Positions 51,549 through 64,000 of a stretch of 64,000 bases of DNA are shown in pieces (the first letter of the stretch is position 1; each line of letters starts with the position of its first letter). The notes below the pieces were generated by a model. The model was given only the letters and a program-made list of their open reading frames with translations. It did no database searches and was not told the origin of the DNA. The DNA comes from Eledone cirrhosa (lineage: Eukaryota). Made by a program: the position numbers and the translations under genes. The DNA lies in NCBI GenBank assembly GCA_964016885.1, contig OZ024741.1, positions 352,904,001-352,968,000 on the forward strand, read 5' to 3'.

Positions 51549-52109
51549 GTCCCATGGTCGGGTCGTTGGCGACTAAACTGGCAACCCCACCAAGGTTTCT
51601 TGGTGAGGAGCGTGACTTTGGACATCCTGCAGGACTAAAAACAAAACCCGTCAAAGGGCAAAGGAGCTCTTAAGAGTCAATGGCCATCCAAAATCACCGG
51701 GAGAGATGACCCCTTAGCCTTTGTCAAGGCAGAATTCTAGGAGGAGGAAAACTCTGATATAACACCTGCAACCCTGATGGTATCCAATGATGTTGACTTG
51801 TTCTTCTTTTTGGTAAATATCATCTTGGTTAAGAGAGTGGGACTGGCTTTGTACAGTACCTTTGCTCACTATAAAAGCTTCACGGCACAGGCATTGCTTT
51901 ATATCTGGAGATCTCTCTGCACTTGTCGACACATGGTACCATGGGCCCAGCACTATGTGTCAAGAATTGTCACAAGTGTAGTGTTTGTACCAGAGTTTTC
52001 AAGTCGCTGGCTGGACTAAAAAGTCACACTCGTTCAGCGCATCGGTAGGGGTTCTCCTACATGGATATAAAGTAGTGGCCGTACTAGAAAACGAGTTGGC
52101 AGCCACCAT
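51549..52109 (+). mobile_element. RTE-derived bipartite retroposon subfamily 1
   Basis: High identity to 27767-28377, slightly 5'-truncated. Confidence 0.9.
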
Positions 52110-52303
52110 GTATGTATGTATGTATGTATGTATGTATGTATGTATGTATGTATGTATGTATGTATGTATGTATGTATGTATGTATGCATGTATGTATGTA
52201 AGTATGTATGTATGTGTGTATGTTTTTATGTATGTATGTATGTACCTATGTGTGTGTGCGATTGTACATGTGTGTGTGTGTATATTTGTTTGTGTGTGTG
52301 TGC

Positions 52304-52410
<107 letters not shown>

Positions 52411-52607
52411 CGTGTGTCTGGTCCATGCCCATGTTTATGTGTGTGTCGTATCTGTGTTTATGATCCGCAGTAAGACAAAAAAAAAAGTAATCGAAAAAAT
52501 AGGAACCAGATTTGAAAATACTAATTGACCCAATCAATTTGGTGCCTAATGACAGAACCCAGTAAAAGAATAAAGAATCTGAATTAAGCGCAACCATACA
52601 CTGTAAC

Positions 52608-52810
52608 CAGGCATGTCAAACATGCGGCCCTTTACAAGCTCACCTGCGGCCCGCACAAATGTTTTTACAGCGCGGGCATGTTTTATCTTCGTAATATAGA
52701 ATAAAAAAAATTAGTTGTAATGTGCGCAATTAGTTGTTGTGTGTGTGGTCCTCAGATAATACATATATGTCCCATGTGGCCCTTGGGGGACCCTCAGTTT
52801 GACATGCCTG
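52608..52810. mobile_element. hAT-type MITE (203 bp)
   Basis: Perfect 14-bp TIRs caggcatgtcaaac / gtttgacatgcctg; flanking duplication ctgtaac(c) of 7-8 bp; internal gcggccc motifs. Confidence 0.9.
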
Positions 52811-52884
52811 CTGTAACCTCTTTACACCCCCCCCCCACACACACAAAAAAAAACAAAGAAACCTCTGCTAGAAATGTCCCCACT

Positions 52885-53134
52885 TTTTACGGTGGCGAGA
52901 AGCGGAGTTGAGCTTAGAACAGAGGCAGACAGAATAGATACTGCAGAAGCATCTCGTCAGCTGTTTAAACAATTCTGCCAAACCACCGCCAATGAACTGG
53001 CAGTTTATTTATCGAATCAGAAAAGATGAAAGTTAAAGTTGACCTCGGTGGAATTTGACCTTAAACCGAAAAGAGCCAGAACAAATATCAAAGCATTTAA
53101 TCCGACTTTCTAACGAATTTGACAATTCGTCGTC
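52885..53134 (-). mobile_element. Two adjacent diverged tRNA-derived SINE copies
   Basis: aattctgccaaaccaccgcc head at ~52970-52990; ttttatcga..agatgaaag..aaagttgacctcggtggaatttga. Confidence 0.65.
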
Positions 53135-53672
53135 AAGCTAACTCACAGAAACTTTCTCCCGTCCATTCTCTTTCTCTCTCTTGCACACACGTGAAAAACT
53201 ACGCCATATACTGTAATATATGATTTGTATGATAGTCACACCGAGTACCCCATTAGCATAATATATTGATAGAGATCTCAATATTAAAGATGTAATTAAA
53301 AGCCGATTGATAAATCTTATAGAGATCAATAAATAAAATGAAATGGTTTGTGGAAGGATTGCCAATTTACTACCAATTGATTTCTTGGAGTAATTAGGCT
53401 TTTCGTGTATAAATGTTTCTTCCATTCTCTTTCTTTTTCTTTCATCGATATACACTCATACAAATATACATATATACTTATACTCACATATACATACACA
53501 TGCTCATTCATTCGTGTTTATATATATATATATATATAAACACGAATGAATGTGCATGTGTGTGTATATGTGTGTATAAGTATATATGTATATACATACA
53601 TACACACACACATATATACACGCTTTTCAATCTAATGAAATGTCATGATTATAAATGCACCATTTCATGTAT

Positions 53673-53765
<93 letters not shown>

Positions 53766-54839
53766 CGTACGTGTGTTTGTGTATGTCTGTATATGTATAT
53801 GTATGTTGCTAAACAATCAGAAACGCACACGCTACGTTTTATATCTTAACAACCATGCACAACAGATACGCTATGTAATACTGTCTATTATTCCCAAGAT
53901 GCGTATTTGACATCAATTTCCTTGAAAGAAATAGAGCATACTGGCATAGAGAAATAATTGTTTAAAGGGGCCTGCAAGCAGTTGATGTGGAGGATTAACA
54001 AGTTGCATTTCATTGGTTCTGAAGATATTGTACTTAATCCCTCTGTTATCGTCTCCGAATCAATGGAAATCCAGCAAGCGAAAGAAATAATCGAAAAGAT
54101 ACAACAAAGATTTGTGACTTACCTAGACACATAACAGCTGGAAATTACCGATCGTTCTAGTTAATTTCTTATCCACAGATTATCTTCTCAGCTAGTGGTT
54201 GAATGGAGGAAAAGATGATTTGAATAAGTTATTTATATCCTATTTCGATTCTCTGTCTTCAGTTCAATTTACTACTATTGTTATCGCATTAGTTTGTTAA
54301 CTCCAACTTATTCAGAAAACAGTCCATACTGTTTTTCATTCGGTTTGTTAATATCAGATGGACACGGAAAAAAAAAGATTTAATCAGCCATTAATATCAT
54401 TCCTTTCCTGTGCATAGTATTGAACTTATTCTAGAATTCAATGTCATGTGACTAGATTTTCTAAACTTGGGATTATCTAGCATTATGATTTATTGAAATC
54501 CAAGCTTCATTTTAAAAATTGAATTCAGTCATTCTTGCACGAACAGCTTTTATTGGTTCTTATCCCACAACATCCCACCCCAGTTCGAACAAAATATTTT
54601 GTAAAATAAATCTTGAATCATGACATGCGGCAGTTTAATCCCCCAAATGTTGGGTGTATGTCGATGAGAGAAAGAGATAAATATTACATACACACACGCA
54701 CGCCTGCACACACACACAAACACACACACGCGCACACACACAGACACATACACACGAACACACACATACATATATATATATACACATATATATATACATA
54801 TATATATATCATATATATATATAATATAATTATATATAT

Positions 54840-54894
<55 letters not shown>

Positions 54895-55289
54895 GAGAGA
54901 GAGAGGGAGAGAGAGAGTGAGTGAGAAAGAGATACTGGGGGAGAGAATGAGGAGAGACTGAAGGAGATAAAGAAAGGAAGAGTGAGAGCTAGAGTGAGAG
55001 TCGAACCGGTTATTGATGCCTTTTTGTGAACTGATTGTGTGTAATGTGTCCTAATAACAAAACTAACCCCAGACTCACATGGACGAAAAGCAACATAACT
55101 ATACAATCGTAGACATTTGGGAACGATCTGGTAATTTTGGAAGAAGCAATGACTGAGCGTCTACAATAGATGATTGGTAGAGAGAAAAAGCAAAAACAAA
55201 AACAAAAATATAATATTACCTTTCGCTTGTCTGACTGAGTGTATTTCGTAGTCGTTTCATGAAGGGAGCTGTGACGGCAATGAATATAA

Positions 55290-55482
55290 TAATTTCTTAT
55301 ATAGGCACAAGGCAAACAATTTCTGGGTAGGGGAAAGTCGTTTAATCGATCCCAGTGCATTACTGGCGCTTTATTTTATCGACCACGAAAGGATAGGATG
55401 AAAAGCAAAGTTAACCTTTGCAGGATTTGAACTCGAAACGTAAAGCATGTTGCCGGACGCCCAACCGTGCCAATCCTCCGCC
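55290..55482 (-). mobile_element. tRNA-derived SINE
   Basis: Family core and tgccaatcctccgcc head. Confidence 0.8.
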
Positions 55483-55729
55483 CTAATGATGGTAATATAA
55501 AATTAAAATACAAGTATATGCATAAACATAACTGAAAGGAGTCTTTTGGGGCGGCGGTATGGGTAAAATTTGTCCAAGAATTGGTTTCTGGACGATGTGA
55601 AAGAAAGAAAAAAGAGGGGGAAGAAAGAAAGGACAGTAAAATGTTTTTGGAGGGGTTTTCTTTCTTTTTTCTCTTTCTATACCCCCCAAGAAAAGCCCCA
55701 AGCCTTCGGTCTTACCATCAACATAAAGA

Positions 55730-56617
55730 AGTAATCTATCATCTATGCTCTATACCCAAACAAATTCAAGGTGTCAAACAAACCACCTGTTCACCAGTTC
55801 CCAGACATCCCTAAAAGGTCAATGGGAAGAACCTCAAGTATGTGAAATCGTTCTCAGATCTTGGCAATAAGGTGAACTCAAATGCATCACTCGATGATGA
55901 TATAATTAATCATATAGGGAAAGCCACGAGTGCATTTGGCAATCTCCTTCATCACCTTTGGAATGAGAAGGGTGTAACACTGGACAGCAAAATACATGCT
56001 TATAAAGCTGTTGTACTGACCATACTCTTTTATGGATCAGAATCTTGGACTCCACATAGGTCACACATTAACCAGCTAGACGTCTTTCATAAAGGCAAAA
56101 TATCTAACGCTGACCTCTTCACTAATTGCAAGGTTAGAGACATTGAAACCTTTCTTATGAAATCACAACTATGCGGGGATGGTAATGACATCAGAATTAG
56201 TGACAAAAGAATACCAAAGGTCTTCATACACAGCCAGCTTGATGGTGGATATAGAAATGTTGGACGGTCATGGCGCAGGTACCAAGGTAAACTAACGAGT
56301 AATCTTTCAGCAGCCAATATAATTTCTAAGATATTTGAGCAAATGGCTGAAGAACTGGAGATCTGTGTGTCATAATGGGATCAAGGACTTTGAGTCCTGT
56401 TGCATCCATAGGTTACCAGAAGCAAGAAAGAAGAGAAAAGCATTATCAAAGATCCCAGCAACATTGTCCACTAATCCTCACCCTTGCACGATCTGTGGAC
56501 TTGCTTGCAAATTCTTGGCAGGACTAAAATGTCATACCTAACATAAACATCGAAACTGAATGAACTGAACAGGTTGTATGGATCGTCATACCTCGAAATC
56601 GACCGGAGAGTTCATCA
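55730..56617 (+). mobile_element. Degraded RTE LINE 3' fragment
   Basis: IGKATSAFGNL..LW..YKAVVLTILFYGSESWT..RIPK..CTICGLACKFLAGLKCH, plus RTE-like 3' UTR ending catcat. Confidence 0.9.
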
Positions 56618-56623
56618 TATATA

Positions 56624-56675
<52 letters not shown>

Positions 56676-56691
56676 TATATATATATATGTA

Positions 56692-56896
56692 TCCCGGGTT
56701 CAATCGGGTGTAACCACAGTAAGTAAGGTACTCAATACATAACAAAGTATAAATATTTCTACAGGCTTCTACAGGACTATAACTGTTTCATTCGAAGGTT
56801 CGAAGGAAATCATCAGGAAACAATCTGGGCTTTCCTGATGATTTCCTTCGAATGAAGCAGTCATAGTCCTGTAGAAGCCATTTCTATATTAAATAT
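56692..56896. repeat. Palindromic double-hammerhead element (family of 20280-20480)
   Basis: Minus arm 56766-56820 has CTGATGA..GAAA-cag..ctg-TA-gaag; plus arm 56829-56878 has CTGATGA..GAAG. Confidence 0.85.
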
Positions 56897-56908
56897 ATAT
56901 ATATATAT

Positions 56909-56958
<50 letters not shown>

Positions 56959-57785
56959 GGGGGGAAAGGAGTCAGACAGAAAGAATGAAAAAGAGAAATT
57001 TTGATGATAAAGAGGTTTTCTGATGTCACAGGCATTTGGGAAATATCTTGTGATTTGGGTAAAATCTAGTGTTTTGAGAAATATTTGCTATAGGTACTCG
57101 GTCAGTTAAACTAAGAGCAATATTTCACTTATTTTTCGTTTTATTGGTTTTTTCCTTTTTTCCTCTCTCTTTCTTCCCATCATCAATTATTGATTTTCAG
57201 CCATCGTTACATCCATATAACCAGATAAATCTTTTGACAAACAAAAGCAAGATAAAGACAATTTTATTAAGACTAGAAATATTTGATATCTTTTTCTCTC
57301 CAGTGAAAACAAACCCTGCATGTGAAGATTAATCAGTAAGGATAGTCATTATCAGGTGAAGATCTCTGAAATCACGAGATACAGATTATCTATTCATATA
57401 AGTACATAGCATATGAAATAACATATTAGATATAGATATTATATGCACAGACATTGTAATATAAGGTGCGTCAACAAATGCAGAGAAAAGTCAGATAAAA
57501 CGAGAGGGTTAGTTAATAAGACAGATCTTCAAATATTAACGAACGGTACGTCATTTCCGTATACATTGAGTAGAAGTATTTCATTCTCATATATATTTAA
57601 CATTTTTTTAAAGAAAAAAACTATGTAAAAATGCAAGTCAACAAGAGAACTAAGAGTAACACAAGAGTTCATTTTTCAGTCTCCTTCTCAACAAGGAAGA
57701 TGAAAAAACTTACCTCAACATTTAATTTTAAATCTTTAATTTTTAGTTTTTAATTCATATTAATTCTCTTTAATTGTAATACTCA

Positions 57786-57832
57786 ACATTTGATAAGATG
57801 AATTTTACTAATGCATCGAAACCGGTTATACT
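57786..57832 (+). ncRNA. Hammerhead-like motif with U3-A8 core (TTGATAA)
   Basis: TTGATAA-gatg..catc-GAAA-ccgg-TT-at; palindromic minimal stem III, weak stem I. Confidence 0.5.
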
Positions 57833-58165
57833 TTATATACTTTATATACATTATAAAATTCTTTTTTAAAAGAATTGTCCCTCTCATTTTTTTCAATAAT
57901 GTCACTTTGACGAATCAATGAAAGGAAAAAAGAGGAAAAACAGAACTTTAAATTTATTTTCCGTGCTGTTTCCAATCCCGCCCCTCTCTCTCTGTATATA
58001 TATATATATAACGGGCTGCAACGGCCTGCTATTTCTAGTAATCCTGTTACTTACCGATCGTTCATCTCTTGCAACCTCTTTTGTTGACTGCTTACCACGT
58101 GATATTTTTCTTTTTCGAAAATATCACCAGTAGCAATCATTTGAAGTTTTCCCTTCGTTTGAGAA

Positions 58166-58248
58166 GGTCTTCTGATGAGCTGTGGTCTCACAGCAGAGGA
58201 TATTCTAACTTATTCTAACTCATACACGGCGAAACTGCGGTCGGGACC
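58166..58248 (+). ncRNA. Type I hammerhead ribozyme with extended stem II
   Basis: ggtctt-CTGATGA-gctgtg..cacggc-GAAA-ctgcgg-TC-gggacc. Confidence 0.8.
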
Positions 58249-58535
58249 ACGAAGTAAATGAGGTAACTGTTTCGCACTTATGAATTTATAACGCTCTGAC
58301 TAATTGATTGCTTAATTAATTAATTAATTGAACAAAACTGGTCATCTTTATATGTATGCTGTTGATCGCAAATAGATGGGTGTCGTTTATTTATCTATTA
58401 TTTCTTCATAGGTGCTTTTAATCTTATAGCCTGGTTTAATTGTTTTTTTTTGTGTAGTTGATTAGTTGATTATGCTAATTGGGAGAGGAAATAGTGTATA
58501 TATCTTATCAAATGATTCTATGGACATAATTTATA

Positions 58536-58606
<71 letters not shown>

Positions 58607-58804
58607 TGTATATATATCTTGTCTCACTCGCTTTACGCGACTCCCTTGTCCCAATAGCTTTTTTTAGTTATTGCTCGCACCAACCTGAGGTATATGATTT
58701 TTAATGCGATGAAATACCAATGATGGTTGGCAAATCACTGACGAGGGACTAATTTTATAATATATAACCATGTTTTATATATATATATATATATATATAC
58801 ACAT

Positions 58805-58884
<80 letters not shown>

Positions 58885-59246
58885 ATGTATGATGCCGACG
58901 ACGGAGCTCGTTTCGACAGTCGATATTGTGTTTTCGCTTGGTAAGAGTAATGAAACTTGAGCTGGGTGGAAAAGTCAGGATATGACGTGGTAGGGTCGGA
59001 AAGTGCTCTACTACAGAGGTAGGAGCTAGATAACGAAGGAGTTGTGGTAAGGAACCAGATGGACCATAACGCATATATATATATATATGGATAAAAGGCC
59101 ATGGACGCGTTACAGATCGATGTTCTGTTTTAAACGCCAAAACATCTATGATCTGTAGTAAACAGCTGATGAAGGGATACTTTTCTTCTCTTGTTTACCT
59201 TCTAACACTTCGTTTTCAGTAACCATACAGCCTGCCTCTTCACCTG

Positions 59247-59762
<516 letters not shown>

Positions 59763-59835
59763 ACTCGTGTGTCACTTCTCTACATTCTATATATATGAAT
59801 CTTCAATAATTATATATATATATAATATATACACA

Positions 59836-59890
<55 letters not shown>

Positions 59891-59892
59891 TT

Positions 59893-59925
<33 letters not shown>

Positions 59926-59930
<5 letters not shown>

Positions 59931-61044
59931 TTTACGTATTGAGAAGGAGAAAAAAAGGGGGGATAGGTGATACATATAGTTATTTGCCAAGTAGCGTATG
60001 CCAAAGGTGCTCGATACTAGTGCCGGCAGTATTAAATATTCGAAGTGTTAATATTTAGTGGGCTAGAGAGTTAGCAGAGCGTAAGCACGTGGGAAAGTAA
60101 AAAATCGGAGAATAGACCGTCAAAACATGTTTATTTAAAATATCACCTACGTACGTTTCGCCCAGTTGGGCTTCTCAAGGGCATAAATAATCACAAGTGT
60201 TCCTTATATTGCTCGGAAAGAGTTTTTGGGGTTAAATCCACATCAAGGTTCATTGCTCGCAAAAATATCTTGTTTTGATTTTGCAGCAGGTCAAGGGAGG
60301 TAACTCTGGCCGGTGTTAGGGCAGTCTTTCCCGGACAAATTTTTTTTTTTTTTTAGCCGCATCCGTTTGTCTGAGGCTGGGTCTGGTATGCAAGGATTGT
60401 TTCCTGGGTGTTATTTTGCAGCGCCTGCCCGCCGGGGTGTTAAGACTTGTTGCAGGGAGATCCAGTGTACTATTTCACTCTTCATCCTTAACCCATCTGA
60501 AGAAGGATATTTTTAAGCGATGTGTACAACTTATCGCTGTTTCAGCTCTGCTGTTGATGAGCTCGTGGGGTGCAGTTATGATGTGGTAGAGCTCCATGAG
60601 GCAAAGATCGCATTTCCTCTTGAAGTTGTACGGTGCATCCCAGCCGACAATCTCCCAGTGCGTGGAGAAGCTGATGTTTAAGTCCTTTAGTGATGTGATG
60701 TAGTCCGCGAGCGAAGTGGAGTGCCTTAGTTTTCTATTTGTGAAAGAGTGGAGATGTGTTCGAAACCTAATTTTGAACGGGCAGGAGGTGGCCCCTATAT
60801 AATGTTTAACGCTATTTTGGCTAGTAATAGTGCATCTATATATAACCCTATCAGTCAAGCAGTATCCTCTAAGGGGGCAGCATCCTCTGTCGCGACAGTT
60901 GCAATTTCTGTCGCGGTTCCGTCTATTTCCCACGGTAAGGCTATCATTGTTGCTGCCTACGTTGTTACCTACGCTACCGCAGCTGTCGTTAGCACAGTTA
61001 CAACCCACAGCACGCGGGGTGGTGCAATTGTTATTCCGCACGTC

Positions 61045-61048
<4 letters not shown>
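59926..61048 (-). mobile_element. Naiad-type PLE, inverted 5'-truncated copy (GIY-YIG C-terminus plus pseudo-LTR)
   Basis: ORF 60475..61045 part: NCNCRDRGCCPLRGYCL..VIYRC..HYIG..FKIR..WEIV..CDLCLME; reverse-complement match to 63350-64000 and 61205-61810. Confidence 0.95.
60142..60184 (-). ncRNA. Pseudo-LTR hammerhead, U3-A8 core variant
   Basis: Reverse complement of the 61552-61594 motif. Confidence 0.75.
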
Positions 61049-61092
<44 letters not shown>

Positions 61093-61204
61093 TAGAAAAC
61101 GTAAGAGAAACACACACATAAACACAAAGACAATACCCGCTTATCGGCTGTCTTCTGCGGGTCACTGATGTCTTGAACGCATTAAAGACAGTTCATCTCA
61201 CCAG

Positions 61205-64000
61205 TTGTACACATCGCTTAAAAATATCCTTCTTCAGATGGGTTAAGGATGAAGAGTGAAATAGTGCACTGGATCTCCCTGCAACAAATCTTAACACCCG
61301 GCAAACAGGCGCTGCAAAATAACACCCAGGAAACAATCCTTGCATACCAGACCCAGCCTCAGACAAACGGATGCGGCAAAAAAAAAAAAAAAAAAATTTG
61401 TCCGGGAAAGACTGCCCTAACACCGGCCAGAGTTACCTCCCTTGACCTGCTGCAAAATCAAAACAAGATATTTTTGCGAGCAATGAACCTTGATGTGGAT
61501 TTAACCCCCAAAACTCTTTCCGAGCAATATAAGGAACACTTGTGATTATTTATGCCCTTGAGAAGCCCAACTGGGCGAAACGTACGTAGGTGATATTTTA
61601 AATAAACATGTTTTAACGGTCTATTCTCCGATTTTTTACTTTCCCACGTGCTTACGCTCTGCTAACTCTCTAGCCCACTAAATATTAACACTTCGAATAT
61701 TTAATACTGCCGGCACTAGTATCGAGCACCTTTGGCATACACTACTTGGCAAATAACTATATGTATCACCTATCCCCCCTTTTTTTCTCCTTCTCGATAC
61801 GTAAATACTATATTACCGTGCTCCTTTTGTAAAGCATCTCACCTTATTTGCCATTATGTTGGAGAACCAGCCGTTACCCATGTCTCTCAAGTGTATCCCC
61901 TTACCCAGCAGAAAAACCTACCTTAAACTGCTTATAGACGCTACTAATTCGTTTATACGGAGAGTCAGATGGAAGGCCTACCACCTGGATAAGAACACCC
62001 GTAACCTTCCTGAACCCAAAGCTTCAAAACATACCGAAACCCACCGCACAACACCTTACTGGACTCCTTTGAAGAGGACCTGCTGAAAATGATCAAAAAC
62101 GTTAAGCTCAGAAAGAAACACCAATCCATTCTTAACGTCCCTTGATACACTAATAACTAAAATCAAGAATGAGCCGCACCTCTTCGTCACCTCCGACAAA
62201 ACCAAAAAGCTGTACAAGATGGACGCGAGTGGTTATAAAAAATTCATCTATAAGGAACTACACAAAGACTACAAAAAGACACCCTCTAGTACCCTAAATG
62301 GACATAAATAGAGTAGGGAAGGATATAGTCACCAGCTTAGAAATAGAAAAGTACACTAACCCGTACGTCCCTCTGACGCCTAAATTTTCTCTTAAGGATC
62401 ACAAATATGACTTTAATGAAAGCCCCTCTATTAGACTAATATGCCCCTCTACATCAGATATAGGTAAGATTAGTAAAGTGATCCTCGACAGAGTACTACT
62501 CGAGCTTAATAGAAAGGCTAAGGTCTGCCTCTGGGGCAACACCGACCAGGTCATAAATTGGTTCACCGAGTTGCCGGATAAAGCCACCCTGAAATTTAAC
62601 CGAGGAATTTCCTACATCCCTAACGCTAGCTCTAGAAACGACCCCCCTCATAAAACTAACGTTATAGTAAGCCATACCTATAACCGATCACGCGGCGACC
62701 TCGTTGAAGTCGGATATAATAGAATAGATAACCGCACCAAAGATCACGTCGCCGGCGACGGTGAACGCTGTAGATTACTCAAACTATTCCCCTATTACAA
62801 AACCAACAAAGGCGACGGCCTACTACCAACGCCTTCCAACCAACATCTTCGTGTACATAAACATGGAAGAGGTAGAAAGAGTGCACCCGAGCATAAAGTG
62901 AAAGGTGCACCGAACGGGCGACTGCGCATTAACACACATAAGAGCGGTCACTTAGATGGAACCACCCGTAGCAAAAGTACAAGGAGACGTAATCGCCACC
63001 GTAACGTCCTATGGTTCCACCCCCCTACTCTCGGAGTGTGGCCTCCAACATACACCGGATGTTCTTCGAAGCCTTAGAGAAGAACTTCCCGCCCAACCAT
63101 AGGTATAGAAAAATTCTTAATAGGAACAATATAAAAATATCCTTCTCTACTACTCCTAACCTAGCAGACATCATAGGAACAACGAACCACAGTAAGATCA
63201 CCAAGACACAGCACCTCGACACAGACGCACCTACACCTGACAATAACTATATTGGCCTTAACAACTCCCTGGCAGCATCCAATAGTGTTGGCAACGGCAT
63301 CCGCAGACGCAACCAGAATGACCGCGAAATGACTGTGGAACATGCAGAACATGACGTGCGGAATAACAATCACAACACCCCGCGTGCTGTGGGTTGTAAC
63401 TGTGCTAACGACAGCTGCGGTAGCGTAGGTAACAACGTAGGCAGCAACAATGATAGCCTTACCGTGGGAAATAGACGGAACCGCGACAGAAATTGCAACT
63501 GCCGCGACAGAGGACGCTGCCCCCTTAGAGGATACTGCTTGACTGATAGGGTTATATATAGATGCACTATTACTAGCCACAATAGCGTTAAACATTATAT
63601 AGGGGCCACCTCCAGCCCGTTCAAAATTAGGTTTCGAACACATCTCCACTCTTTCACAAATAGAAAACTAAGGCACTCCACTTCGCTCGCGGACTACATC
63701 ACATCACTAAAGGACTTAAACATCAGCTTCTCCACGCACTGGGAGATTGTCGGCAGGTCTGCATCCTTAAAAATTCAAGAGGAAATGCGATCTTTGCCTC
63801 ATGGAGCTCTACCACATCATAACTGCACCCCACGAGCTCATCAACAGCAGAGCTGAAACAGCGATAAGTTGTACACATCGCTTAAAAATATCCTTCTTCA
63901 GATGGGTTAAGGATGAAGAGTGAAATAGTGCACTGGATCTCCCTGCAACAAATCTTAACACCCCGGCAAACAGGCGCTGCAAAATAACACCCAGGAAACA
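61205..64000 (+). mobile_element. Naiad-type PLE: 5' pseudo-LTR (61205-~61810), frameshifted ORF lacking the RT catalytic core, GIY-YIG, 3' pseudo-LTR running off the window
   Basis: SLKCIPLPS..FIRRVRWKA; LKDHK..RLICP..DIGKISK; RNVLWFHPP/PPYS..KNFPPNHRY; NCNCR..CPL; 61205 onward repeated from 63868. Confidence 0.95.
61552..61594 (+). ncRNA. Pseudo-LTR hammerhead, U3-A8 core variant
   Basis: atgccc-TTGAGAA-gccc aact gggc-GAAA-cgtacg-TA-ggtgat. Confidence 0.75.

Noticed and set aside
54116-54145. Possible minus-strand micro-exon (ttccag CTGTTATGTGTCTAG gtaagt)
   Set aside because: Splice-like motifs alone are expected by chance in 64 kb.
63011-63920. Selenocysteine recoding in the Naiad ORF
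   Set aside because: Breaks seen are frameshifts; I did not find a conserved in-frame TGA at Cys positions or a clear SECIS.

Overview
Eukaryotic, AT-rich, microsatellite-saturated DNA with no host exon I can support. It is probably cephalopod (Octopus-like), inferred from the abundant tRNA-derived SINE families and the (TA)n/(TATG)n load. Nearly all long ORFs in the supplied track are microsatellite artefacts. The real coding remnants are transposon-derived: a near-intact RTE LINE (32.0-36.3 kb, one premature stop), four R4/Dong-type restriction-like-endonuclease LINE copies, a Tx1/L1 3' fragment, Naiad-type Penelope-like elements (PLEs) at both window ends, a hAT transposase relic, a hAT MITE and many SINEs. 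The main hidden signal is roughly 20 type-I hammerhead ribozyme (HHR) motifs, read by eye, in about 10 distinct short non-coding contexts, most embedded in (TA)n. They occur as tandem monomers of 469, 521 and 628 bp (retrozyme-like), as head-to-head palindromes and in the pseudo-LTR of a Naiad element. All folds were assigned manually and need computational and biochemical confirmation.
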